A stretch of 64,000 nucleotides of DNA from positions 24,306,001 through 24,370,000 of the forward strand of contig NC_087252.1 of NCBI RefSeq assembly GCF_037042905.1. The letters run 5' to 3'. The translations under genes were made by a program, and so were the position numbers. Source of the stretch: Lytechinus pictus. Taxonomy: Eukaryota. A model generated the notes under the pieces. The model worked only from the letters and a program-made list of their open reading frames with translations, had not been told where the DNA came from and searched no databases. Positions 12,901 through 25,892 of this stretch are shown one piece after another. How positions within the stretch are numbered: position 1 is the stretch's first letter; every line of letters begins with the position of its first letter.

Positions 12901-13690
12901 GTTTTTCCCCTATAACAACACAACAGCAGTGTCGCATTTAAAACCTTGTCATCCAGCCATGGATGGTAGTATTTTGGGAAGTGTTATTTCTTTGTTTTGG
13001 GCAACTATCTCCAACAGGATTTGCCAATAATAAAGCAGCTTGGGTCATTAGCAGGTCACTCGTGATACGTTCACACTGGAAACATCACACATAATGACAA
13101 CATAGTCAACATTTATTCATGTTCACACAAGTCACCCATCAAGCCAAAGTACAATGTAGTAGTATGAACTGGTTTTATAGATCCCTGTTTTTGTCTTGCC
13201 TTTGCTTAGGTCCGGATCTCACAGTTTTGAGTTTGGGTAGTTCTAGTCAGAATGAGGCTTGTTCCCACAATGTACTATACATGTACATGTACATGTATGG
13301 CTCAAGTCATTGGCGTAGAGAGAATGGGGGGGGGGGACTCGGGGGTACAGGACCCCTCAAAATTTTCATGTCCAAGAAAGAAATATTTAAAAAAAGCAAA
13401 AGAAAGAGAAGGAAAGGCCAAAAAAAATGTAAAAAGTAAAATTTTCTTTGTACATAGTACAAATAAGATTTAAGTTCAAAAATCAAAAATTTTGTTCGCT
13501 TGCTTCTCTCACTCACAGATTTTTAGAACTAATTAATGCCTCATTCGTCAACGCCATGTCATGCTCCTTAAATTTTCGGCTATAATTGAGCTACTGGCTC
13601 TTAACTATAGGTTCCATTAGAATAGAGAAATTAGTGCTGTGGCATCATAGTCGTGGCGGTCATTTTGTTCAAAGTGTTGTGTGTTCAAGT

Positions 13691-14242
13691 CCCGGGGGGC
13701 CAGTCAAATATTGCTGTCCACATGGGTGACCAAAAAAAAGCACATTTAAACAGGTGTTTTTTCAGTTTTGTACGCGGGCCGCGCATGCACTCGTTAAGGG
13801 TATCAAAAACACTGATTTTCAAAAAAAAGTTTTTTTAAAAAGACTGGTCAATGGTCAGTCGCGGGGTCAAACGTATTAGGGTATGGTTTTTTTCCCGAAG
13901 CTTTTTTTAAAGACTAGCGAACTAACGTGTTTAGGGTATGTGTTTTCCCCAAGCTTCCCCCCCCCCCCGGGGCTTTGTATTATTTTAACCCTAACTGAAC
14001 TGGGGGCATGCAATGCCCATTGTTTTTGTCTAATTATTAAAACTTATTATTATCATGGAGAAAAACTTGTTAAGGGGTCATTCTGGTGATTACTTGTTCA
14101 GGGGCCAAAATGTGTGAATAAAGCCTGCAAAATACTTGTTTAAGGGGTTATTTCTCACACAATGAAAAACTCGTTTAATGGGGGGTGTTTGAAAATAATT
14201 TGGTCATGCATGTGAACAGCAATATATTTAACTGGCCCTCCC
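13691..14242. mobile_element. Unclassified TIR element starting CCCGGGGGG
   Basis: GGGGCCAGTCAAATATTGCTGTCCACATGGGTGACCAAA mirrored by TTTGGTCATGCATGTGAACAGCAATATATTTAACTGGCCCTCCC. Confidence 0.65.
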
Positions 14243-14308
14243 AAGTCCCTCTGCAGCACTTGTGTCCATTGGCAAGATGATCTCTCTCCACTTTTACCAC
14301 TCTTCATC

Positions 14309-14670
14309 CTGGTGGGTGTTTCATGAAGCTTTACATATGATACAAATGACTTTACGCATGACTGGTGATCCTTTCTTGTGCTATGTGATATCCCTATGTA
14401 ATTGAGTTATGACCTAAGAACATGTTCCAGTCGTGCGTAAAGTTGTGCGTAACTTTACGAACAGCTTTATGAAACGGCCCCCAGGTGGATGTCATAAAGC
14501 TGTTAGGAAGTTGAGAGCTACTTTAAGAACGACTGGTGATCCTTTCTTACGCGATACATAATCACCAATGAACATTTTGGTGTTTACCATTTACCATAAG
14601 AAAGGATCACCAGTTGTTCTTAAAGTCGCTCTTAACTTACGAACAGCTTTTTATGAAACAGCCCCCCTGG
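14309..14670. mobile_element. Two abutting ~175-bp palindromic MITEs with CWG junctions (Harbinger-like)
   Basis: Each is GGG..TTTCATRAAGCT...AGCTTTATGAAAC..CCC. They are joined at CAG (~14482-14484). Confidence 0.75.
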
Positions 14671-14679
14671 TACCCATTA

Positions 14680-15106
14680 AGGCGACCGCACACCTTACGA
14701 TTGGTCTGCTACCCGATTTCAGAATAAAATGTAGTAGAATTTGATGCTAATATCGAGACATGGAATATCTTACTGTGTAATGTTCTAAATCATCGTACGA
14801 ATACCTATGTTCAAATCTGTGACTATGCTATCATCCTTAGAATAAAAGCGAATGTAATATCTAGTCGTAGTGACGTCAATCACGTCATAGCAGTCGTACG
14901 ATTGGCTACGATTTGAAACTAATTTGGCCTTTACTCCAGAATAAAGGCTTGCAATCTTTCAAAATGATTATATTAGTATTCTTTCAATTGATTTTTACCT
15001 CAAATAAAATGATACATTTATGTTCCATTCACATTTTCAGAAAATGAGCAAAATGCGATTTGTTCCAAAATCGGATCGCGAACAGTCGTAAGGTGTGCGG
15101 TGGCCT
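14680..15106 (+). mobile_element. Harbinger-like MITE
   Basis: TIR AGGCGACCGCACACCTTACGA / TCGTAAGGTGTGCGGTGGCCT. An inverted, shorter relative lies at ~50181-50402. Confidence 0.8.
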
Positions 15107-16978
15107 CTTTTATGCAAAAGCCAAAGTACAGGATGCCTTTGAGTTTGGGAACTATTGCAGGAATACTTCTCAGGGAGTGGAGAAAGGGTATTGTGTCCAG
15201 GCAAACGAGCACCCGGAGGTAGTCTGCTGTGCAAACCCTTTACTTGAGTTTAAGGGTTCTGAAATTGAAACATAAAATTTAAACTGTGCTAGTCCATTGC
15301 GAAGGCTCACTTGTTGATCAAATTTTCAATCAGGGTCTGTGCCTGCAGACTAACAGCCTGGAGAGATTTCTCCACATTTTAGTACAGATCAACAGCAGAA
15401 TGTAATACATGAAGTATGTTTCATTAAAAAAAAAAAGGGTCTGCAACATGGAAGTAGTCTGTTTCTGTTTTGATTGTGAAAAGTGGCATCATGATGGCAT
15501 CATAATGAGATAAATATATGGATCAGTTGATACTTGATTTTCAGTCAGAATAAATTGTATCTTGTAAAGTATGTGCTCTGATCGAATCATTAATTTGTTG
15601 CTTCAAGATCCTGTGATTGCAAGTTCAGGTTTCTTAACTTGTAGGCTAGAAGTGTATGGCAAGCTACGAAATGCTGCAATTGGATTGACTATGATTCTCA
15701 TATTCAATCCAAATATTTCAAAGCAAAGATATATTGCTCTATACTTGTATTACAGTATAGAGTAGGACAGAGCCATAAACACAAATTGAAAAAAAAAATT
15801 ATCTGATGACATCATTACAGGAATAAAAGAACTTCAAACTTTTCAAGGTTTTTATGATAGACATCATAATTACTGATTAAAGATCAGGAAGCTATCTATA
15901 CATTCATTGTTACTCACAATCCAGCAATATAAACGATAGATAAATTATGATTAGAACCGTTTTTTTCAATAAAGTACAGCTACAGTACTTGCAACTTGGC
16001 CTGAGTCAATTTTCCAATTTACCCAGTAGGTAAAAATTATGGGCTATGCAGAAAGTGCAATGTATAGCAATGCCAATACTATTCTGTTCTAAAGTTGATC
16101 TGTAAAATCTTTAATAATAGTCCAGTTCATGCTTTGTATTCACTACGGTTCTCTTTTTTTTAATGAAGTGAAGACTTTTTATACAGCCCCCAAAATATCA
16201 AACAAATCGGCAAAACAAATAAAACACCATACAATGAGTAACAATACTTTGTTCTAGTGTAAAAATGAAGTGTACATGTATACGGTATAAGAATGTTTTA
16301 AAGGTGTTTTTAACACTTCATGTAGCTTTCAGAATGCCTCTTCTGCTTCTGGATAGATAATATAAATATTGATGATGTTTGCCAACATGAACTTTTTGTT
16401 CTTGGTTTCGTGATAACGATGTGGTTGTGTGGGTTGTGTGTCGCAATATTGAATGGATGTTTAATAGTCCAGGGCTCTTTGCATGTAAGCCTGTGGAAGT
16501 GAGTCATATACAGTACACCCACCATCAGTTGACCATATTACTGAAAGGAAAGAAAGAGAGAGAGAGAGACAGAAAGAGAGAGCGAGGGAGATAATTTAGA
16601 GGGTGTGTGTACTAAAGAGACAAGGACAGAGAGAGTGAGCGAGACAAATTTCGAGGTGTGAACAAAGAGATAACTGACAAATATAGATAGAGAGAGAGAA
16701 TGATAAATTTAGAGATATGTACATGTATGTATTAAAGAGAGAGACACAAAGAGACAGGGAGACAGAAAGAGAGAGAAGAGGGGGGGGGGGAGAAAACAAC
16801 TTCCATGCTTAATAGGGTAATGAGTGTAGATTGTTTGGCAATTGGGATAAAGAATTAAAGAAGAATCGGACACAATTGATTCTGTTATAAGTCAAAATTT
16901 GTCAATTTGTTGTTTGCATAAATTTGCCCTGTATGGTTTATGAAAGAGGGCATTTGGTAAACCTTAACCCCAAGACTC

Positions 16979-17141
16979 CAGGGCCCCATAGCACAAAAGG
17001 TACTATTATGGTAACTTTGCCATCCAATGGTAACTACCATGGTAATGCTGATCACCAACCAATCAAAATCAAGGATTCCAGACAAGTTACCATTTGATGC
17101 CAAAGTTACCATAATGGTAACTTTTATGCATCGGGTCCCAG
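16979..17141. mobile_element. Palindromic MITE flanked by CAG/CAG
   Basis: GGGCCCCATAGCACAAAAG..TATTATGGTAACTTTG mirrored by CAAAGTTACCATAATGGTAACTTTTATGCATCGGGTCCC. Confidence 0.7.
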
Positions 17142-17204
17142 GACTGAGTAAATGACCTTCTAAATTATTTTTCTTTTGTGTGTAATTTTCTTACAGATCA
17201 CAAG

Positions 17205-18915
17205 ATGAATGGGAAGAAAGACAGAAGCAGGCGGAACAAAAAATCAGAATCCCCAGCGACCCCGGCAACCCCAGACTCCAACCCAGGAAGGACCAGAAGA
17301 ACAAAGCTCTCCAAAGACGAAGATGCAACAGATGACTTTGTGAGGCACAAAAAGTTACGGAACGCCAGCAGGAATGGAAGCAGAATGGCAGTGTCCAGTG
17401 ATTCGGGGACCAGTGAGCCGTCATCGTCAGGAGCAAGTACACCAAGGCCTGGTTCCCTTGAAATCCCTATAAGAGAGACAAGTACAGAATCATCTCCTGT
17501 AGGGGAGGTCCAAGAACTGCCAAAAGGGAAAGGAGAAGTGGTATCAAAGAGGTTGGTTGTTAATAGTGATATTGTAAGTGCCAGGACTACAGAATCACGG
17601 CAAATGGTGCAAACGGTTACTGAAGTTAAGAGCATGGCTGAAGTGGTCCAGGATAGTGAAGATGATGAAGAAACGGACAGCGCCCTCTCTGGGGATGATG
17701 AAGCCATGCAGTCAGAGTCAATGAATGAGCCAGTATCTGCCTTGACTCCTGTCAGGACTGGTGTGAAGAGGCCGGGAGAGTTCCCAGAGTCTGCTACACC
17801 CCAGAAGAAGCTAGCTGTTGATGCCAAAGAATTGGAAGGCCAGAGGGTACTGGCGAGAAGGGGTGAAGCATTTTCTCCTGGAATAATCAAACTTGTAAAA
17901 AAGAAGAGCATTGGTGTGTTGTTTGAAGGGGACCAGGGCCTTACTATGTTCAATGATGTTATGGACTCAGATCAGATTTGTATTGTCAGTGATAAAGTGC
18001 CTCCAGTGAACACACTGAGTAATGGGTCCAAAGTATGTGTCCAGAGAGACGGCAAAGGACAGTATTTTGAGGCCTTTGTCAGGGAAATGAGACCAAACTC
18101 CATTTATCAAATTGTTATGGCTTCTCAGTTACGAGAAGGCTCAAGTAGCAGTTCTGAAGACATGACAGTCCCTCTTTGGAAGCTGAGGATGTTACGACCT
18201 CCGTGGCAGAACCCTCCCTCTGGACCTGTTCAAACTCCTGGTGCAATTGCCAGACAGCTGACATACAGTCCCTTTGAATCCAAGAATGAATCTATTCCAC
18301 TGCCTAATCTGCACTTTGACTTGCATAAAGTGACACCTCCAGAACAGAAGACACTTTCGGATCGACTTGTCCAAGACAGGAATGTCTTTATCCGTGACAG
18401 GCACTTGAGTGGTGAAAGGAGAGTTCAGTTGCCTCTGGAGGATATTGGGTCAGATGACGAGCTCAAGAACTTTGACAGGCCCCTGGAATTCCGTGGACGA
18501 CCAACACTTACTCCAGGAACAACTGGTACGTCCACCCCTGGTTCTCTCTACTCTCCTTTTGAGAGCAGCCTGGCTCGATTACCTACCAGCTATTCAAATC
18601 GCAAAAGACACATCAGCAGTGCCAGTAACGCATCAACCATCTCCATTGGTAGCACCCATTCCCTGACACCTCCACCAAAGTACAAGAAGGGTGAAGTCAT
18701 CTGCAACGCCAATGGAGTCCGCAAGAAGTTCAACGGTAAGCAGTGGCGACGACTGTGCTCCAGGGAAGGATGCAACAAGGAGTCCCAGAGACGTGGTTAC
18801 TGCTCTCGACATCTTTCCATGCAGGGTAAGGACCTGACAGGGGAAGCATCTTCTGGCCAGGAGCAGGACTGGGACAGTGACTCAAGGTGTTCAAGTGCCA
18901 GGACTGTCCGCACAG
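17205..18915 (+). CDS. CIC: Capicua transcriptional repressor, long-isoform (CIC-L) N-terminal coding exon (exon 17197-18915); partial gene
   Basis: Encodes [47 protein letters not shown], which matches the conserved CIC-L N-terminal motif. It is preceded by a Tudor-like region (GQRVLARR...LRMLRPPW) and a DIGSDDEL motif. Acceptor TTTTCTTACAG at 17196, ATG at 17205, phase-1 donor CAG|GTAAGA at 18916. The HMG-box and C1 exons are not in the window. Confidence 0.9.
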
Positions 18916-21900
18916 GTAAGATGGCTGATTATCATATACAATCCTACACCCAATTTGCACCTCACAGAAAATCCCTGAAAAATCACAAGCAAATAATCCC
19001 ATGCATGGAATATGTGTGTAATGGATTTGTCTGAAATGTTGATGTGATTTCTAACTCCCACTGGCTAAAATTTGAAGTCTGTGGCACCTTTGGCTATAGG
19101 TATGATATTTCTTTTTAATAGGCGAGACTAAAGATTTTTTTTTATATTTAAAGGGAAAGAGTGACATTTAGAGGTTTAATGCAAGCGCATCAATTTGTTT
19201 ATTTCAATTATTAATCTCTTAAAAATAGGGGATTCCCTCCTTGTGCTCCTGCACGATCATATTTCTTAGGCTTGGCTTACGTTTTTTTATAACTAATATC
19301 TTGGTAGTTCCGGGTTTTCTCTGTGGATTGATACTTGCACAGAGTATGCAGCAAGTAATAGAACAATGAAGAAGGCCAAACTGATTTACACATTTAATTT
19401 GAAATAGGAAAATTACAGCATACTGTACTTGAGCTGTAATGCAAATTGCATCTCTGGCTAATCAGCCTTAGCATAGTGAACTGCCTGACGATGATTAGTC
19501 TGTTATCGTATTGAGTATTTGGATTGAAAAAAAAATCCCTTTAATAAACAAACATGACAGTCTTATGATCTCAGGGAAAAAGAAAATTGGGGGGGGGGGG
19601 GTGGGAGTTCAGGGCGATTTCAACCCCCAAAGTATTAAAGTGCGCAAAAGAGAACCAGAAAAACTTATTCACTGCAATGTTCAATTTTATCCAATATGGC
19701 AGGTGTAGGCAGTACTGTACCTTGTTTGTGAAAAGTGTTCCCCTGAAAAATGAATGTGAGAACTACATGTATATTATTCAAAACAAGACATGATCAATTA
19801 TAGTTTTATGTTCAACTTAAAAACATTTTTGAAATAATTTGTTGGCTTCCAAAGTTTATGAATTTGACTTGCCCTGCGTGGAGCTTCATTTTCGCTTTTA
19901 ATGAGCTGAATACAAACCAGCTTACAATTTGAGTGTACTGTAGAATTATAAAGGAGCTTTTTCAGTACGTGCGCTTTTCAAGGAGTGAGCTGCAAAATTT
20001 TCTTAAATTTTTGTCATTTCCTGGATGGAAAATGTGCAACACCCACTATACTCTGTGAATAATTTATATCACTCGTGGCCCTGGGCCTCCTCTTCATGAA
20101 GGCATGCCTAATTTGTACTTTGATCAGAAATGTTTTAATAGAAAACTGCCTGAATGGAAGCTTAAACGTATTCAATTGACATTTTAAGGACCTTGTGAAG
20201 GCAGATTTTCAGAGTGATATGATATGAGCACTGCTGCTATGATAACATCATTCACAATTCTGTAAAGTGCAGTGTCATGTCTGGGATTTAATATGCCTGA
20301 TAAATAAAATGCCCTGCATGCAAGTTTTAAGCGATGAGAGACACCCATGAAGCACTTCATTAGAGCTGTAGAGTTATATGACCCTCCCCTAATAATTTCT
20401 GGAATAGTGATTTCAATGCTCTCAAATCACGCCCCTTTACAAATAGAATTTTCTTTGAGATTTAATTTTCACATCCAAGCGAGGCAATTTCATTTAAAGA
20501 TTTTTGGTCTGTCTCAGGGGGGGGGGGGGGTGGGGGTGGGTGGTGGGGAAAAGATGAAAAACTCCCATTGGCTGAGCACTGTAGAAAGTAGAAATTTGAG
20601 GGGCCATGACTCCCCCCCCCCCGGCAAGTGGCCATGCTTCATCATTCGATACATGTACTGTATCATCAATAGCGTTTAACAATTTTGTGATTTTATACAT
20701 GTAGTTATTCTACAACATTTTGGTTAATAATTTTATACACATTCATTCAATTATTGTTTGAAATAAATATTCAAAACTATAAAGAACAATGATTTTTTAA
20801 TTAAATTGAAGAGCCTCTATTTGTTTGCACTCATAAAAAAATAAAGGATAAGCATTGATTTTTTTAGTTTTCGTAACAGTTTGCGAATTGGACTGTGATA
20901 TATGTTTGATATCCCGAGTCCTCTATATGTGCAAATGACTTTGTTTAACAATCAAATATTCACTGTGTATTCATGATAGCACTCATTACAGTTGCACAAT
21001 ATCAAGCAGTCAGCACTTGTCGCTTTGAATTTGTGCCTTATTTACATACATTATTAAAGAGAGAGAGAGAGAGAGGAAAAAAAAACTCTGCCAAGTTCAT
21101 TCACATTCACCATCGATTGATTTTGATCATTTTGTAATCGCTTTTCACAACAAACAGTCCAAGCTGGAAAATCATGTCTGCTTTTTGGCAGTAACTCCTA
21201 GCAACAGGAAATTAATGTTATGCTTCTATTGAAATGAGGATGGCGGCTGGTAAATAGCATCTATAGGGGATGTGAAAAGATGGAAAGAGAGGGGGGGGGG
21301 GGCATGCTACATGACAATAGAGAAAGGGGGGGGGGGTGTAGAGTAGACAAAAGCATGCGGAGCGGGAAGATGTTTTAGGAGACAGGAAAATTATTCAGGA
21401 AGATGGAAAGGGGATGGTAGGGAGGAGAAAACGATCCAAGCTCAGTTAAAAATGTTGAATTCCTTGGATGAGGCTAATAACCTGTCTCTGTCAAACCGGA
21501 TTTTGACATTTCGTCGTTGGTTTCCAGAAAACTTTAGTTTGAGTTCAAGGGCTGGATAAAAAAAAGTAGAGTAAAGAATTGAATAGAGAACTTTGGTCTA
21601 TGCTAGTCTGGTAAATCAGACCGTACACTGTATAGAAGTTTTTCTTTGTGCACAATACATTCCCTGGTATCTGCTTTAAACCAGATTTAGTGGTGCAAAA
21701 TAATTGATTTGATTTGAATTTACTTTTTCCTTGTTTTCATTTACAATTCATAATAATGCATACAAGTACATACATGTACAGCCTGATAAACAGAGAATAA
21801 TTATAATTCATGAAAATATATTTAAATATGGTAAACAATATATAAATATGGTAAACAAAGAATGATTTGATTTATGTACAATGTACATGTACAGTAATGA

Positions 21901-22845
21901 AGTTGAAAACGTGAACATGACTAGAAAAATAACAGTAATGGATTGGATCGCTAATTCTGGGCTGTGAGAAAACAAAATCATTGTATCATAAATTTACATT
22001 ATGTATTTAGTGTGCATATTCTCCTACATTAAAATGTCAAATAAACCGAAATGATTCATTGTTTATCATGTATACATGTATGTACTGTACATGTACATGT
22101 ACATGGTAGAAAGCAGTATGTAATCCTTGAATTAGTCTAGTGAAAATGGGATTTAAAAAAATTATGTGTTTATTTAGTATTCAATCACATGTATACAGTA
22201 CAATCACAATATTTACAAGTAATTGAACATTATTTGAAACTGTTCAAAAGTAGTAAACATCACAAAAACAAAGGAATAAAAAATTGATTTCGAGCATTAA
22301 TACTTGGTGTATTCTGTGTACATCGCATTGAAACATTTTACAGGAAAATATTTTGGATGACTTTGTTTTTATTTTTCTCCCCAAAACACCAATTATAAAT
22401 ACATGTACACTGCCTTGCAGCCTTCCGGAATATAGTATGTACAGTATAGGCAGGATATTACATGCAAAAAAAAAAAATGAATTTTCAGGGAAAATACCTA
22501 ATGTACTTTGAATTTTGGGAAATGACTGCCCCCAATGTACATGTATCTGTGCCCGATATACTAAAACTGATTTTTTTTTTTTAATTGTTTTTTTTCTATA
22601 ATTTTGGTACCGGTACATTTTGTTTGCATCCATGGGCATTATACGTATGTACATGTACAATTTATATTTATCCAATCATTTGGAATCGCTTGACACGTAC
22701 ATGTACACTCTGTAATTTGTTACTTGATTCTGAATTAATATTTTATCATTGTGACAACCGTTCCAGTCTTCTGTTATAGTAGGGTGATGTATGGTCGGTC
22801 TGTGTTAATTGATTATGAACCCAGAACTATTGAAGGTCTTTATGA

Positions 22846-23312
22846 GGTCGCTCTCATTACGCTTTCTAAAACTAGCTTACTGGAAACCGATTCAGGAAAC
22901 CAGTTTGGAAGTTTGTTTTGCTAGCGTTCCCACCTGATCACACGAAAGTGGTTTTCAAAATCTCTTCGGGTATTAAAATCAATCTTGTTTTGCCATGGAA
23001 ACGCTCTCAGTGGGGTGACATGTTTCACGTGAAATTCGAAAACGCAGCGTAGGCATTACACATCTGTCGTGCGGAGTAGTGCCCTCAAATGTGCGAAGAT
23101 CGCTTCCCGACGAATGGTTGTGTCTTCAATACGCTATAAAAACCAGTTTAACGAGGCAAAGCGATCTTGAAAACTACATCGCGTGGTGGTTTTCTAAACC
23201 AGTTTGGAAGATCGCTTCCAAGATCGCTCCGACTGTTCTCACTACACGTTAAACTAGTTTCCACTAAACTAGTTTCCAGTAAACTAGTTTTAGGAAGGTA
23301 GTGAGAACGGTG
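22846..23312. mobile_element. Non-autonomous TIR element (Harbinger-like)
   Basis: CTCTCATTACGCTTTCTAAAACTAGCTTACTGGAAAC mirrored by GTTTCCAGTAAACTAGTTTTAGGAAGGTAGTGAGAA. CpG-rich interior. Confidence 0.7.
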
Positions 23313-23704
23313 TTTATGTGGTTTATACAGACCCTCTTGTCTGGACTTGAATTTCCTTTGAACGGTTTCCCTCCATAGTCACATACACACACAAAAATAT
23401 TTTTTCGATCATGTCTGAAATAAAAGTACGAGGAAAAACATTTTGAGGAAGAAGTAGAAAATTAGTCACAGCCGAATGCTGATGATAAAGGCATGGCATC
23501 TTGTACATTAGTTTTGATCAAAACCTCCCTCCATTTCGGAGTTCAGATACTATAGTGGAGGACAAAATATTTTACCTAAATTTTGAATGTGCATGCATCT
23601 TTTTTCTGGGTGGGGGGGGGGGGGGGAGGACACCCTTCTTGCATTGGCAAGGTTAGGTCAGTTGATCAGGATACAAGTACCGTATTAAACATTTTAAATT
23701 TGAT

Positions 23705-23830
23705 GTTGAAGGTCTGGGGTTCAAATCCTACCGCAGTGTTCCTTTGTCAAGTCGTCTGTCTGCGTTTGCCACTCTCCACCCAGGGGTATGTTATTGGAAC
23801 ATGCGATGCTTGAGTGCCACTGAGGACTTG
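23705..23830 (+). mobile_element. Degenerate tRNA-derived SINE fragment
   Basis: B-box-like GGTTCAAATCC followed by CACTCTCCACCCAGGGGTA, similar to the core of the SINE at 54 kb. Confidence 0.45.
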
Positions 23831-24489
23831 GTCTGCTTGTAATCTACTACTAGTATATTTTCCATGTGAGCGTTATAATGTGCCCTTTGCAAGTGGCCAT
23901 CTCATGTTCTCTCTACAGGTCTAGGGCATGTTTCTTGAAACATCTTGTTTACGATTTTCACCGATTGATTGGCTCTGAGCCAATCAGATGCATGGATTTC
24001 AGAAGCTAATGTCATTGAAAAATCATTATTTGTTTCATGAAATGCTTCCTCGTTGTCGGCCTACCACTTTAGCCTCCATGTACAAGTAATCTACATGTAT
24101 ATGGAGAGTTTTTTTTTGGATATAGCAAAGTGGAATGATGCAATATTTTTGTCAGTCTTTGCATTATTAATCCATAACTACACGTACAAACTTCATGTTT
24201 GATAGAGTAACTGCAACTTCCAGTAGCCAGAGTGTTAAAAATAATCATTATAGTCTGTGGTCCAGACTATCAGATCTGTTGATCACCCATAACAATAGAT
24301 CGAAATCCATTGACGGATTTTCAATAGTGGAGCTAGTCCATCCATATCTCATTGTATGCAAGAGTGTGGAGGTGTGTTTTTTTGGACTTTAGACTTGAGT
24401 TATATGTGTAGTCTGTCGCCACAGACTCTAAATAAATTTACACTTGAATACCATATGAACTTTATAAATTAGGTTTTATGAGTGTATAT

Positions 24490-24909
24490 TTAAAGGTAAA
24501 ATAAAGTAGTTGGAGCAAACAATTATTTAATGAGAAAATCTTTTAAAGGTTTAAAAGGTTCATGCTCACAACATTAACATGCATCTGACCAATGTACCGG
24601 TAAACTTATCTTTGTGATATCATGAAATTTAGCTGAGCACCGATAATTCTGATCATCACTAAACACAGAAAGGCATATGTGGGACAGTGTGTTAATATCG
24701 CTTGGAAAAATACCTGACATTTGATGGAATTCTGTGCATATTTTGCTCATTTCTCAGCAATTATGCATTTTCTTCCAGAGCCATTTGGCATATATATATA
24801 TAGGCCTACAGTATTTTTTATTTATACATACAAACACTTGGTGGTATAAATTTCATTGGATTCTGTTCGAACTCGTTTTGAGGTCGTTACCACAAGTATT
24901 TATCTTTAA
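24490..24909. mobile_element. TTAA-flanked (Kolobok-like) element with short TIRs
   Basis: TTAA-AGGTAAAATA...TATTTATCT-TTAA. Confidence 0.5.
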
Positions 24910-25741
24910 GGGGCCTACATACTTGCAGGGTGTTCAAGTGTTCAAATTTTACGTGGTTTACCATATTGACATTATAACTAGGCCAGGTTATAAACATTCA
25001 ATTTTTTTTTTTGCTTTTTTTTTTTAATTACAACTCACTCAAAACTCTTGTAAAGTATTACAGAATAAAACTCACAAGAAAAAAATATGCCTGTGTGGAA
25101 TAGATCATAATTCAACTCCAAAATCAGACAATTCTGAATGCTAAACTACTACATGTGTAATACTGTACTTGTTGCAATGACAGGCAGTCCTTTGGCATGC
25201 TTGCAAGTTTTTGATACTTGCACATTACATTTGATTTGATTTGATTTGATTTGATTTTACATATTTCACAAGTACAAACAAAATTATGAAACAATATCAG
25301 AAAACTTATGAGAATACAAATCAGACAAGGCATAACAATTAATTCAAATTAAAGAAAATAGCGATTTGGAATTAAAAACAATTTAAAAGAGTGAAATATG
25401 AGGGAACCTACCTGTTGGTAGGCACCTTATAATGTATAAAAAGCCTACAGAAAATAGGCCTAAATGTAGGAGTCTCCGCCTTTGCACACTAAAAATAGCC
25501 TGGGTAACTGGTGCATGCATTGTCTTGATATGCAGACCTTTTTTTTCATCAAAATGTCCCGTGACCAATGTTGTGTGGACATGTTTTATTTTGGGCCATT
25601 TTCAAAGAGTTTGAATGATGAGACTACTGGTATGTACTTGAACCAGCTGAAGCTCTCCTTTCATAACAATAGGGGTGGGCGGGGTCACACCTTACATGTA
25701 TTTCCAACTGACAAACAACTCATAACTGAAGTCAATGACAT

Positions 25742-25892
25742 GGGGCCCTTTGCAGAAAGAGTTGCAGTCAAAATCAAACGCAACCTGATTTTTAACCAAT
25801 CAAAAGCAAGCATTTATAATGTACATGTAGGACTTGCATTTGATATTTGGACTTGTGTTTTTTATAACGGAACTCTTCTTGCAATGGTCCCA
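25742..25892. mobile_element. Short palindromic MITE (GGGGCC..TTGCAGAAAGAGTTGC family)
   Basis: Same family as the better-preserved copy at 39517-39663 and the fragment at ~53697-53775. Confidence 0.65.

Noticed and set aside
17198..17953. 251-aa antisense ORF
   Set aside because: Shadow of the cic coding exon, with no recognisable motifs.
18916..19034. C-terminal ~39 codons of the 618-aa ORF as real protein
   Set aside because: They follow a strong CAG|GTAAGA donor and composition shifts to intron-like. The GTG start at 17178 likewise lies in the acceptor tract.
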